A stretch of 64,000 nt of DNA from Lingula anatina (taxonomy: Eukaryota; Animalia; Brachiopoda), in assembly GCA_051362555.1 (NCBI GenBank), contig CM120648.1, positions 3,468,587 through 3,532,586 on the forward strand, given 5' to 3'. Made by a program: the position numbers and the translations under genes. Under the pieces are notes generated by a model that saw nothing but the letters and a program-made list of their open reading frames with translations, did not search any database and was not told the origin of the DNA. This document shows, piece after piece, positions 13,401 to 26,854 of this stretch. The first letter of the stretch is position 1. The number at the start of each line of letters is the position of its first letter.

Positions 13401-16400
13401 ATAACGATGCACAAAAGCGGCTGCTATCGTTTTAAATACTTCATCGATGTTATTTAAAGCAATAATCCTAATTAGGCCATATGCATGTGTGTTCAGAAAA
13501 GGCAAACACATGTCATTTTTGCCCGTCTATCTACTCTGAACCAGTGAGAGCGTATTCAGAACAGCGGACTAACAGATCCGCGGATCAAATATGGCGACCC
13601 GCTTCAAAGCTTGCCGCTTAATTCCCGCTTAGAGACTGAACAGATTCATCGCGGGTGTTACGCAACAAGTATTCAAGTTGGTCGGCCATATTTGACCCGC
13701 AGATACGTTAGTCCACTGTTCTGAACGCGCGCTCTTACATGTGTCATTGCCGAAACTATTACTATAGTAGGAGTTGGCTGCTGTGGATGAATATTTTCTG
13801 GATTGTTTTTTTCTAGGAACATTTACCAGACTCTTTTAATGCTCTGCCTGCAAATAACTTATCTAGTAGCAATTTCCCACACTGAAAATCACTTCTTCTG
13901 TTGGGAGACGATTTTCCCTTTTTTGTAAACTCTTGAGTTTTCGGCATTACACTATCTGTCATCTGTTATGTCAGACAGAACGATACATGTTTAAAAATTC
14001 GACTCTTATTAAGTGGCAGAAAACAGCAAAGTGGGGGGGGGGGCACTTCCTTGCTGTGCACGTGCTTACTTTGTAACGAGGTTTTTCTAGTTCTTATAGC
14101 TAAAGCCTGTATCGATCATCTAGTTTACGTAACAAATCAACTCTCTCTGAATAGCCCACTCGGGTTGCAAATCAACATACTTTCTTCTTGATAAAACCAA
14201 AATTGAAACGTGGCTGCAATAACTAGTTGTGACCGGTTGGGTAAATTTCCAATCTAGTGGAAACCAGATCTGTCTCTCATGTTCCTAAAAACGTAAGCGG
14301 TCTGGATACGAGCCTCTGTAATTTGATTATTAAGCAATAACTTAAAATTGATCGCTGTTAACATGCCGTCTGATTTCATTATAATTGAAAATTTGTTGTT
14401 CAATTGTATTCACTACACACTTGGTGGACCATTAATCTATGTATTTATTAAATCTTAAAGCCAGGTAACACACAATGTACAAAACATCGTTACAATAAAG
14501 CACCCTCTCTCCCCCCCCCCCCCCCCCAAAAAGCCATTACAGGATCCAGACATTCAAGAATGGATTTTTTTGATACAATGGTAAATTGGCAAATGTTGTC
14601 TTTTGCTGGAAATCGTATTCGTTCTAACAGTAGAAAAAGGCAAAATGTGTTCTTTTTTGTATAGAAATAAAGAGTTCCCCATCTGTTTTTTTTTTTTCAA
14701 TAACATGAGTTACGCGATGGGAAATGTCAATTTATTAGCAGGCGGATTAATAAGTTCCGCGTTTGCTGGCACAATGGTCTTTCCTGTACAAATTTGTTAT
14801 TAGCAGCGTATATGTTATTTGAAACGTAATGTCATATGTACGGAATTTATTTGGCATTGTAATAAGCCGTGGTACCTCAAGGCCAGCGATTCTCTTATTA
14901 ATTTTCCATCATACCTTTTATCTGAAAGTCCGTTCACTATGGGTTTGTGTCTGTGTTGATGTCGAATATTCTGTCGTGTACTTGTATACGTATTCTAAAC
15001 TTTGGTGGGCAGTTTAAATTCATTGAATTTTGCTCTCTTCATTATGGGTTTGTATGTGATGAATTCGAATATTCTGTGCCGTGTATTTACCCATTCTAAT
15101 ATAGTCGCTTGTGATATTTATAGTCGGAGGATTTTTTAGAATTTGAAGAAATTCACCAGGATTGTTTTCCTTAAACATGCTAAATTCGAATTAAAAAAAA
15201 AACAACGGAAATCGTTTAATGAGATGACATAACGACACCATTCACTGCAAATATAACACAGAGTAAAAATATCTAAAAAAAAAAAGAAAAAAAAAAAAAC
15301 TCAGGAAATGTAGATTCTTTGGAGCGTTTCCCCGAATATGGTTCGCCTGCATTGTCATAAAAAGGTCACTGTTAATCACTCTTTATGAGATAAGTATATA
15401 AAACAGGATATTAAGCGATATACATTGTACAAACACCTAAACGCCTTCTAGATTCAATTATTCGCTACGCTGCGATATCAAAGCAAAATTACTTCGAAAT
15501 GAGAAATAATTGATTTAGCAGCATTATGTCTTGTGAAGGGTAATTTTGGCACAGGGAAGTCGTTATAATGAAGGTTTTTACGAAACCTGTTGGCAATGCA
15601 TGGTGTCGACTTAAGCCTACGTAAGTAGAAGGACATCCTTCCTTATATATGATATTAATGCTGGTACATGTAGCATAGAAAATACATACAGGCAATCTTT
15701 TCCTGGCTATTATCGACAAAATACAAAACATATGTTACCTTGTTTTATTATTTCATTCTCTTATTTGTTGGTGGAAAATGGACGGGAAGACGGCAGACTG
15801 AGTGGAGAACCAAGGGTCTATATTTTTTTTGTCTGACTTTATGAGAGAATCAAAACAACTACATATTCACACTGTGAACCGCACATGAGTTCGTGTCTTC
15901 GACTTCCTGTGTTCCTTAAGGCAGGAATTGTCCGGAAGTTTTAAAAATATAAGTTGGTTTTCTTGTCTTTGTCAACAAAGTGAACGCTTAGATGATGATG
16001 AAACGGTTTTCGGTATCGCAATAGTAGAAATTAATTTCCTTTGAACAAATGAAAAAGGGCAAAAACCCGGATACAGGGATTGATCGCTCGCTGATCTTTT
16101 CACTTATATGACAGATGCAGGTGGTGTACGTTTTCCTACTCGTGCTTTGGAGAATTACTTAACCCAATTTTTTTTTCTTTCGAAGATCGAGTTCAGTAAG
16201 CAGTAAAATTCCCTGTATAATAAAAAAGTCGATTTGTGTACCAAAGTAATTTACTGAATGTCGTCTGTGTTGTTTACTATTTTCACCATTATTAGTCTCC
16301 AAGAATGATCACGAGATTTCAGTTTACGCGGTGTTAGTGTCATAATGCATAGTCAAGTCAAATGATGCAAAACCACGTGATCTGATTTATTTTTATAGCT

Positions 16401-16767
16401 GGCCAACACAGAACGTCATTAACGATATTATATAACGTTACCATAACGTTTATATAACTAAAAAAAACGTTATGGTAACGTTATAAAAAGTTTTGTGTTT
16501 GGTGGGTAGTTAAATTTGAAGCGACTGTAGTAGATTTCCTGTAGCACATTCATGTATAAACGATCTCTACTGTAGTTTCTTAAGCGATTCAAATAAAGTC
16601 GATGTGCCAAATTATAATCAAGTCAAACATTGAAAATCCAGTTGACCTTTCTCTCATGTTTTTGTTAATGAACTATCCCATCTATATACACAATATCAAT
16701 AAGATTCGCAAAAAGGTGTACACAGATATTGTAAACCGTGGCCTGGATGTGTTTTAAATAACACACA

Positions 16768-16800
<33 letters not shown>

Positions 16801-18493
16801 GTATATGATAACACGCACATATATATAAATATAAGATATGACAATGGAATAATATTATGAAAAATATAGAGGAGGGAGTACCTACCTTGTTTCCGTTTCT
16901 GTCAGGGACCCCACTTGCCACCATGTAGGCATCACCAATGGTCTCAACCTTGTACACGTCGTAGGTGTCAATACGGGCGTCGAACGTGGAGTACAAACTG
17001 TTCAACATGTCCACCACCTGCATTGGTGTCGAGATGGCCGACATTTCCGTGAAACCCACAATGTCAGAAAAATAAATGGTCACAGAATCGAACAGTTCCG
17101 CCTCGACTTGCTTCGTTTGTTTCAGTTGGTTTGCCACGGTTTTGGGGAGCATTTGATACAAGAGGTTGTCTGTCATTTTCTTTTCTTTGTTTAGTTCGAT
17201 CGTTTTTTCGTGCAGCATGCGAGAGTAGTTGAAGATCCACTGGCTCATGCGGTTGACGAGGTAGACAACTATTGGAAACAGGCTCATCGTTACGAACGCC
17301 ACGATGATTTTGATGGCGATGGACCGATGTAGGGCATCCGTCTCTGCCTCAATGGTGTCCATTAATACTCGATGGACATCCCGACTCGTGGTGACCACCT
17401 CCGTCATCAGGTCGGTCATATTCGTTAACCACTGAAGAGCGCGGGCATTCTTCTCGTGGTCAGAAGTATTGGAATAATCATCGGTCATCGAAACACCGAA
17501 ACAATTTCCGGTCTGTTTTTCAATGGCTGTCAAACACGGGTTGCTCTTGAGCATGTTTATTGAATATGGTTTTGTACTTGGCAAAAGAGCAAAGAACTCT
17601 CTCAAGTTTTCCCTGATCAGATACCCCATGGATACAAACTCTGGGTACATCTCTTGAATTTTAGTCGTGCCAACGTCACCGTGCAATATCAACATTCCCA
17701 ATACAAGCTGCCTTTGTAGGTATTGCTCTGTTAGTAAGATGTGTCTGTAAGCTGAGCACGTTGGGTGAATGACAGCGCTACAAATCCCGTCCCCGGAGGA
17801 GTCCCTAAAGGTACCGTATCCCAGACACGGAGACAGGCGATTGAGGTAACTGGTCAGATTCTTGTATATACTGTAAATGTCCTGTAAAGAGGTACCTTGG
17901 CTGTTGGTGTTATTGTTACCAATATCAGGGCTGTTCTTCTTGCTATTGTCCATGGGATTGGTAGTGATTAGCTGTATGAGGTAATTTAAGTATTTCACCA
18001 CATTTTGAGAGAATCGTTCCGACAAAATCTTAGAAATCAAACCATCGCTGACTTCATCTATCTTGACATTGGACGGGTCCGAGATATTTGTGCAGTACGT
18101 CGACGAAGTATTCTTTCTGTCACCTATCAAAACGTCACAAGCGTGAACGTTTAAGGCTCTGTGGACGTTGCGCTCAAACGTCAAAAAAATATCACAAGCG
18201 TTCAGCGCCCTAGCGACGTGGTGCGACTTGTCAGCCATTGTTTGGTTTCTGTTAAAGTCCAAGAACACGATGGTGATTAACCCGATGGTTGACAACAGAC
18301 AAAGGGAGAGAACCTTGACGCATACCCATCTCTTACCGGAGTTTGTCGTCAGGTTAAAGTTACAGTGCCCATCGGTCTCTAGAGCGTCTATGGGGAACAC
18401 TGTACTCCTGCTGGCTCGACTGGCCCTTCTGGACTGGGGGCTGGGCATCAGTAGTTCAATACCCTCGTCAACGTCAATAGTAAAACGACCCAT
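3984..18493 (-). CDS. Membrane guanylyl cyclase, TM-ectodomain(NIT-like)-TM-coiled coil-cyclase-long tail (NIT-GC-like), 958 aa, 5 coding exons
   Basis: Join of 18493-16886, 9055-8944, 6355-6257, 5674-5583 and 4949-3984. All introns are GT-AG with phases 0,1,1,0; total 2877 nt. Class III cyclase motifs are present: [59 protein letters not shown]. The Glu of VET and the Cys of RYC are the GTP-specificity residues. Two hydrophobic segments ([18 protein letters not shown]; [18 protein letters not shown]). An in-frame stop lies 6 codons upstream of ATG 18493. Confidence 0.92.
5190..5526. mobile_element. Kolobok-like non-autonomous DNA transposon (in last intron of the cyclase)
   Basis: TTAA on both sides (5186-5189, 5527-5530). 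Inverted termini AGTGATAATAACTCTTCGT / ACGAAGAGTTATTATCCCT. The internal sequence is shared with 61208-61531. Confidence 0.75.
6853..6922. repeat. (CA)n(GA)n compound microsatellite
   Basis: Seen directly. Other SSRs at about 5027-5070, 7380-7420, 28430-28468, 31864-31920, 31990-32046, 37945-37984, 53935-53988 and 62734-62775. Confidence 0.95.
8395..8628. mobile_element. MITE with long imperfect TIRs (Harbinger/Tourist-like)
   Basis: Outer IR GTTCAGAAT..AGGTCGC / GCGACCT..ATTCTGAAC, plus a perfect 16-bp inner IR GGACTCTCGCTGAATG (8456) / CATTCAGCGAGAGTCC (8564). Confidence 0.7.
13546..13735. mobile_element. MITE with about 50-bp TIRs (Harbinger-like)
   Basis: GAGAGCGTATTCAGAACAGCGGACTAACAGATCCGCGGATCAAATATGGC is the near reverse complement of GCCATATTTGACCCGCAGATACGTTAGTCCACTGTTCTGAACGCGCGCTC. 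Confidence 0.75.
16400..16506. mobile_element. Short CCCAGCAAAC-terminal element with AACGTT subterminal repeats (CACTA/EnSpm-like MITE)
   Basis: Repeated TAACGTTA units in inverted arrangement, ending GTGTTTGGTGGG. Homologous to 49609-49716. Confidence 0.6.
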
Positions 18494-20245
18494 GTATGAG
18501 CAACAAAACTATGAACTCTGACTGGTGATGGTGCAAATTGTTCTGTGACTGTGACACGCACAGCGCCGTAAAGGGGCACATATTAGTTGATATCGACTTG
18601 CTGAAGATTTAAGAAGAACTTATTGACGTATTGGCTTAGATGAAAATGCATGAGTGTTTATGGTATAATGCCAAACTGCCTTTCTCTAGCACTGACGACA
18701 ATTGATGCCTACCTCATTCGGGACAATTCCTGTTTCTATCGAGTAGAGAGGTAGTCCTAATCCATTTGTCAATAAACTGATTGATGAAAAGTAAAATTTG
18801 GAAATAATTACCTCTACAAATTGGTGTTTGCCGTCAACACAGTCTTGCCTATTCCCATCTACTAGTGATATTGATATCGATTGATAGTAACGGTTGACTT
18901 CGACGAGCTGCGTTAGTATTCGTACACACACGTCTTTTATCAATTCATCACCCAGCTATGCTTGGCAGCCGAGTATCTGAGTGAAGGTTTAACTTTTTAT
19001 GTAAAAGTTGCTGTACACGTGGTTTTGCCTTTCAAATCCTACGGACACGTCTAGAAGCTGTTACAGCGTGACAGGGACTGGTTTGCTATTCAAATTCACT
19101 TGGTTTACAGTACGGTAATTGGACAAAGCTCCCCGTAGAGAGAAAACACAGTTGCGACTGCCCAGAAGATAAACCCTTTATTAATTCTGTCACCTAGGGT
19201 GAAGCCGGCGTGTTAAAACCCAATCAGCTTGTCGGCATGCGGCTTCTGGAGAGCACTGGTGGCCCCTGACAGTTGCAGAGGACTGACAAGCAGCTTATCA
19301 TAGCAGTTTACTGAAATAGAACATATCACAATTTAATCGTATTTGGAATATCAATAAATAAAATCGCATTTTCACCCTAATGAAATGTAATAACCCCGGG
19401 AGTTTCTTTTCTCTGTCAAGATTGATATATTACAATCGTGTCGTTTTCGCCACCCGATACCATGTAAACAACAGAAAGGAAATAATTTAAACATTTCATC
19501 TAAATGACATTAGTACACATACATGTACATCTTCTGAGAAACCAGTTGTAATTTTATTAAACGTCCATGCATGCCTTGCATTAAGAGGTGCATTTGCATA
19601 GCCTGCGCTGTTTCCAATCATTTCCAAAGCAGGCACATCCTTCCGTCGTGATCTGATATTAGTTGGACAATGTCACATAAGAAAACAGACACAGGGTAAC
19701 TGCCGGTCCGACAGGTCATGGCCGCTTTAAATGCCAAAGTACCAGGCAAAAGTTTTGATAGGTGCAGGTGCTGTGAACTGTCAAGGTTTTAGTCAATATA
19801 CAATACATTATGAGAAATCACATTTGTACGTAGAATAACGGGATTAGACAGACAGGGATTGTTCAGACAGGCAGAGAATTGGGAGACCTTCAGATTTCTT
19901 GGAGTTTGAGTGCAACTCCTCCAGACTTTCAGTACTTCCCCGTGTCTGTGATAAGCAGCGAAAAATGTTTAAAACGTTTTATACGATTGTTTCCTCTATA
20001 AAGTAACCTCTTGTACCACTTTTTTATTTTTATCCTACCTTTGTAAACGTCTGTCTTATATTGAGTTGTTAATTCATAGAAATAAACATTTGACCGGAAA
20101 ATGACTAAAACCGACGAGTCAACATTTGTTACGCTCTCTGTTTCTCCATTTTTTTCATTGGAGTATCTTACTTAGGTTCCGATCTTCTTGGCTTATTTCC
20201 AAACAAAGGCAAAGTCATACCACATTGACAGCTCTGGTTTGGAAA

Positions 20246-20401
20246 CCAGGGCTCCGTATCTCGAAAGGTTCGCTATGTTGCGCACGTGCGCAAGCGTCTC
20301 GATTCCATAACTCGCCCATACTCGTCCCATATAATACATTGTAGCCTCTATTTGATAGAGCGATTCGCAATACGCGATGCTTTCGAGATACGGGGCCCTG
20401 G
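20246..20401. mobile_element. MITE with 22-bp TIRs
   Basis: CCAGGGCTCCGTATCTCGAAAG / CTTTCGAGATACGGGGCCCTGG, one mismatch. Confidence 0.72.
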
Positions 20402-23400
20402 CTTACTGTATTGTGAAGACATTATTGACTGGCATTTTTGCGTCTTTCCAGATAATAGCCGAGCTAAGTGGACTTGTATCAGCTTGAGGTGATAATAACT
20501 GACGGCCTGCAGTAGAAAAGTAGAACTCGTTCGCTTTCAGTTTGTCTACAAATCAGCCGAACTGGTGTTATGGGCAATATAATAGCTTTTTGTCCTTGCT
20601 TGCTTACGCACGTTCTGTAGGATATGTCATTACAGTCATGGTCTAGTAGCGCCATTATTGTCAAAAGCTCTAATTCATTGCGAATATATTCTTAAGGTTT
20701 TCTGTAGTTTTATTGGTCTCTTGTCACGCGGTCCATTTGTTCCAACAGATATCTTTACTTGAAGTCACTTTCACAAAAGATGTTGATTAGAGTTAGTGAA
20801 ACGAATTTCTGTTGTAGGTCTTGAAGTGATAAACAACCAGTCCAAGTCGTTCATAGGGTATTTTATTCGCGAGTTGATATATAATTCTTTTAAAGTAGAT
20901 TATACATAAAAATGCATGCAATATGCCGATATTTGCTATTCTTTAGCAGTGCACATGGGCGGAACAAATGCTAAAAATAAATATTAAAACCACGTAGTCC
21001 TTTTACTGTATCATTTTATGTTATTGACATATGCGATTATTTTCAAATATATATGCAATAGCTCTACCTCAGCTCTTCTGCTTTCTGTGAGGTTCAGGTG
21101 CCTTAGCATTGAGGGTTGATCGGTTCAGCTCTTTTCTTTGGGCTTTTAACTATCTTAGCTGCTGCCCGTGGGGACAGGGTATCATTAGACAACCCACGGA
21201 AAAGTGTCGCACCTAGGAAGGTCGGTTAGTGTTTAATGTAAACGAGCCTTTGGTTTATAGCTTCTGATAATGTTTCTCCAGTTGGCTGGCTTCCATATAA
21301 TTTTTACTAGCACTAATTCGCTCGCGTAGTATCTAGCTATCTGCGTTGGAGATCTCATTTCCAAGAAATCATAAAGGGAAGGATCTTTAGAGAATGTTTG
21401 TCGTTAAAATGCCGTTACAATATTATTAAGACGTGTATCTAAAATCAAGTGTTTTTATTGAAAAAACATTCTTAACGGAAAGTTGTTATCTAGCAAAGAT
21501 TTTGAAAAACAGGCAACTAATTCCCTGAAGACGGAAATATAAGATTTTTTAACAATACTTAGCACACAATGTGTTCCCTTAATCTGATTGCATTCAGCGA
21601 GAGTCCCCGCATCGATCAAAGTGGGCCAATAGCTTTCGTAGGATGCGCCCAAAGAAGAACGCCTTTGTGCAAACTGTTGGTAGGTCTATTTCAATTGGAA
21701 CTCAGGCAGGACGTCACACCTTTGATCTCAACTACTGTTCTGCTGAACTGAGCACAGGGCCATAGCCAAGGGGGTTGTGAGGTTTCGAAATAACCACCCT
21801 GTTTTGCCTGGAAAAGGTCCACTCTGTGTAAAATTTGATCTAGGTATACGGAGGTTTCACTGGAAAAGGTCCACTTTTTCAGAAAAAGAACCCCCTCCCC
21901 TCTTTAGAGATTGCTGGCTACAGACCTGGAACATCCCAAGAATCGGGATCAGTTCATTCTAATGTGTATATATGATACGTAGCACAAACCTTTCAAGGTC
22001 CATAACAATGATGGCGTCTTCTCGTAAAGCTGTGGTTTGCTTCTGCACTTGTATCGGTCATTGGTTCTTTCGCAATTTCAGTAAGTTTACGAAACTTTGG
22101 CAGCCATGTCTCCAAGACTTGACAACTCTTACTGGTTGTTCTTCCGATTGTAAGACAAAAATGATTCTGTTGCTTCTTTCCTCTGGTCTCCGTTCTTATA
22201 TGATCGCTTTCCAAGGAAAGCCAAGCGCAAAACTAATTAATGCTCCCTCATGTGGTTTTACACGTACAATATTTCTGGTACACACTTCTGTTTTCTTTTG
22301 TATGTAAAGCACGTTTAACCCGATTTTTCAATTATCTGTCAAACTAGCAATTCGGAAAACAACTTTATGCCGAGTAGCTCGAGAGGTACTAAGTGAAATT
22401 TGCACTAAGCACTTATCACTTTCAGTAGTCTGCACACGTCGGAGACCTTTTTCCCGTGTCCTTGCCCTTGCACTAGTCTTTGAAGTGGATGATACCTGCT
22501 GATCAGTCAGTTTGGATTTCAAAAAAATGCTGTCACGGCTAGCGTACCCTGTGCAACATTATGCACACTGTCCTCCTTTCCCAGCTTTAAGAAATCTATA
22601 CACACTTTGATTAAAGGTCAGTGCTACATGTACGTCCCTAGGTTCACAACGAGCGTCCAGCAAACAGTGGTAAGTTAAGTGATAACGTAATTAATCAATC
22701 CTACACCGTCTTCCTATTTCAATTAAATAACCCACGCAGTACTCGGTCTAACAGCCAGCATTTCATCAAGTTTTCTGTTGACTGTTTTTAAATTAACCAT
22801 TTTTAAATTAAAATTCATTTTTGTTATTGTCAGTTTGTTGAACACACATGTTTCAATATGGCGATTGAACTCGGTGTCGATATGTGCTGACAAGTTCCCT
22901 GTGGATTTATTGCTTTAAATATTACCTGAATAGATGGGTATTATAATTAGACTACAGCTTCCACATGTTAAGTCCATGTTTTGATTAAAATGTTTAATAC
23001 GGATATGCTAGGTATTTAATCATTACTCAGCACGCGGTCATCAACGAAAAAACCACGTCAGAGACAGTACATTTAATAAAATTCATATGGGGCCAAGATT
23101 ACTGTCATTAACAACAAGAATAACAACAACAACAACAACAATAATAATAATAAAGTCACATATCATTGTTACATGGTGCATCTTTGCAATGATTTGAACT
23201 TTTAAAATTCTAATGAATGCAATTGTACGCTGCATTCAACACATTCTTTTAAAACCATGGACAAAACGCAGCGAACTTTGAATCTTAATATTTCCTACAT
23301 ATTTCCTATAATTCAATGCACTGCACATTTCTTCTTAGTACATGAAAAGTCGGCAACTTAACTAGTTTTGGGTCAAAATAATAAATAAAATAATTTGAAA

Positions 23401-24233
23401 CTTCCATATGTGCAAAATTTGTTGTCCAAAATTACAATTCTGAAATGAAATGTGCGTTACATTAATCCGATATAAGAGGACATTTGCACCATTTTTTGTT
23501 ATAAACAAATTCCCGTCTCGTCTGAACCAAGTCTTTCACTGTCATTCTTTATAATATCATATCTACATGTGCATCACGGACTTACAGCAGTACTTAATGT
23601 CTGCTCAATCTTACCTTAGCGTATCACTTTCCGCTCTATTGTGTTTATCTGGAAACCTCTAGCCACAACGCTGAACAAAGCAGAGCACAGTCTGTTCCGC
23701 TGTACCAACGATTTGCTGCTTGCGCAACGTATTCTGGAACATCCGCTCTCTTTTATCTAATTTCCATCTTATCACTGACGTTGTCAATCTACATTTTAGC
23801 TTATTTCCGCTGGAACATGACCGTGGTAATCCACAAATTAACCCATTTCGTTAATAGATAATATGCCTTGAAGGTTAGAGTGTTTGAAAAGACCGCCAGA
23901 GATCTGAGAAGGGTTGGTTTGTTGAACACACATATCTTGATATAAATGATAATTACTTAAAAGGCCACTTGTCTCCAAAGAGATTTTTATTTAGAAATCT
24001 TGTGATCTACGTCAATGAGTGGTTAATTAATTGGACTTTTTCATAGAGAATACTAAATTAAAGATGCCACCCCTCCGGCTCAGAGCCTATATGTATATGC
24101 TCTGCAGTTCCTAGAAATAACTTTTCCCAATACAATGAGTGCAAGAAAATTGTGACCTTGACATTTTATGCCTCAATCTGTAAGTGAGAGTAATTAACTA
24201 ATGCCTTTAATTTACTCACTCACTCTCTCTCTA

Positions 24234-24264
<31 letters not shown>

Positions 24265-26854
24265 AGCACACACACACATAATGTCATTTGAGGCCCGTGT
24301 ATTTTCCATGCATCTGTATACGAAAACGTATTTTTGCGTAATAAAGCTATTCAATAATTCAGACGTAAGACATTTAATGGACTATGTCAAATTAAACCCA
24401 GACAGCATTCTGGATATACCTGTGGCCTTGAACCTCTACCCCTCCCCCGCCCCCTCCCCCCCCCCTACTCCGTACCAGTCCTTGAACGCAAAACAAGTTT
24501 GCCACAAGGTAATAGGCCTACCTACAAGACCCTGTATATAATACACTATAATCTCTAATACAGTGAGTATCCAGCGCTAATTAGAAACAGACAATACTAC
24601 TGGGATATTACCGTTTGAAGAGTCACCTTGGGACATCTACCTACAGGCCCTCTTGTTTATTTCACAATGGATACGGGTGCTCACTTCTTCATAACATGCA
24701 AGTCCAATTTGTGATGTACTTAAACTGGTCATCTAATTACATGTACATACCTTTATGTCTTTGTGTAATTTCACTTTATTTGCCTGTTGGTGTAATATGT
24801 GAAGTACTTATACAGGTGCCTATATCAAAACACCTGTATGATCTTTCCATAATGAGTATTGAAAAGCGACAACTTGCCTGTGGTTTCCCCTCTTTTAATT
24901 TCCCCTCTTATCAGTACTCGTTCATGTAAGTCCACACTGAGCAGGGAAAAATATAAATACAATGCAGTGAAATTGTCCCTTTGAAAATGTTGCAATCATT
25001 CCAGTCGTCGTTATATACACAAAAATTTTTCTTAGCCAGTTTTATGCTAAAAAATATTTTAACTTTTAATGATCGATTTAAATAACGAACAGATAACTTG
25101 GCAGGTATACAAGTAAATATACATAATGCTTATAATACCAGTGCAGTTTTTGAGTCTAGAAAATAAATATTATCCAAAAGTACAACTGACACGAGCGTAG
25201 GCACACCGGATATTACGAATTCTGGATCCCGGATTCTGAATCTGGCGGCAATATTCCTCAATCAAAAGCCATGATTGCACTTCGACTTGGGCTGTTATCA
25301 TCTCTGGTGATTTAATTTGCTGATCACCGGTAACGCATAATGTACATGTCATTTAACAGATATCGCGTACCCGGAAATAACTTGCCCCTTGTCACTTAAA
25401 AACAAACATTGATAATCCTTTATCGGAGAATTTTAACTTTTAATGATGTTTCGTGAATAAATACTAACACACATGTCGCGTGTTATTAGTGCGTATGTGA
25501 GCAGTTTGTTACTGCTTAATACAATACATGTTAATGTTTATCTATCATATATCTTTTTATTTCACTCTCTGGCATGGCAACTAAAACACTTAAATTTGTA
25601 CACCAAGGTAATGACTGTCGCTATGGCTACATGTATAGCCAAAAAACAATTGATTAAAAGCCCAAGTTCACTTTTTTGATTGACAAAAACTGAACAACAT
25701 CATTAAAGAAAAAAAAATTGACACAATGATGACAATACTGCTTTGGTAAGTGATCTATTAACTGATAAAAACTTCAAAATTACTTTTTACACAGTAAGTA
25801 TACATTATTTGGGAGGCCCTGAAACCGGTGTTAAAGATAAATAAATTCTGTCAATAATATCCCAATATATTTTTGTTTTGGTGACAGCGATTTAGTAATT
25901 ACTTGTCATGATATACCGACTCAGACTTATTTACAAGAATTTTATAACAGCTACAACTGTGTTACCAAAAATAGAAGAATAATCTTCCCATTATCATCAG
26001 AAGCCACACCAGAAGCAATTGGAATCTCACCTGGGTCAGCTTACATGTGGTCAGGTTATATAACTTAGGCAAGATTTCCTTGGCCTTCAGACACGATGAC
26101 AGTGGGGTTCTTAAAGCTTCCAGCAACGACTGGTTGCGCATTATTAAATAATACTTCGAATCTCATTTCCCACCCTAGAGCTGCTTAACTTAATACTTAA
26201 TACTGTTTATTGTTGAAATATACCGTTACCTTGGTAGATGAGTGTGTCTGCTTCCCATCTTGATTGCTGGATCCCCGCACCAGTCGTTCAATTTCCCTCT
26301 TCCTTGATCTCTTGATCAAGTCTCGAATAAATGAAGGACGTCTACTGCGACACTATGTACTGCAGATCCTAACGAGCTAGGCGAGGCTAGAGGCAGAGCC
26401 CGAGGCATGATTCTAGTTGAACATAGATGTAAGGGCGCATTTGATCGTTTCGCCTTATTTTTTTTCCATCTGGATAATTCAGAACCAAGGAAACACTAGA
26501 CGAGCCAATTGAATTGATTTCTTATGACGTTAGTCCTAAGCCGCTGTGATGACGAACTTGTCCAGTTTTGCACCTCAAACTTGTTTACATGAAAATGAAT
26601 GCCACTGTTTTACAATGATTTTGGCATTTTATCCTAAAAAATACTTGCTTCATTATACTTTGACCCCCAAAAAATCCTATGTAACGTTGTTGTTTAAATA
26701 AGGGAGGGATATATGTCTTTCAAAGCAGAATATCATATAAAAATCAATGTGAAATCCATATTGTCAGGCACAGAACATAGGAACTTGGGAATAATCCTAT
26801 TGATAATTGTAATAATTGAAATAGCATAAAATAAATGATTAATTCAAACTTGAA

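Noticed and set aside
16754-16885. C-terminal hydrophobic/VC-repeat part of the 579-aa ORF as a third TM segment
   Set aside because: It is read-through past the donor AAG|gtaggt at 16886 into an intron with a (TG)n tract; the cyclase continues at 9055.
18168-18521. 117-aa plus-strand ORF
   Set aside because: Antisense shadow of the cyclase exon with no recognisable motifs.
21060-22530. Coding-looking minus-strand fragments (e.g. ORFs 21993-22214 and 22328-22522), possibly a decayed gene or transposase
   Set aside because: The frames are interrupted, and I found no recognisable domain or consistent splice chain. A BLASTx search would be needed.
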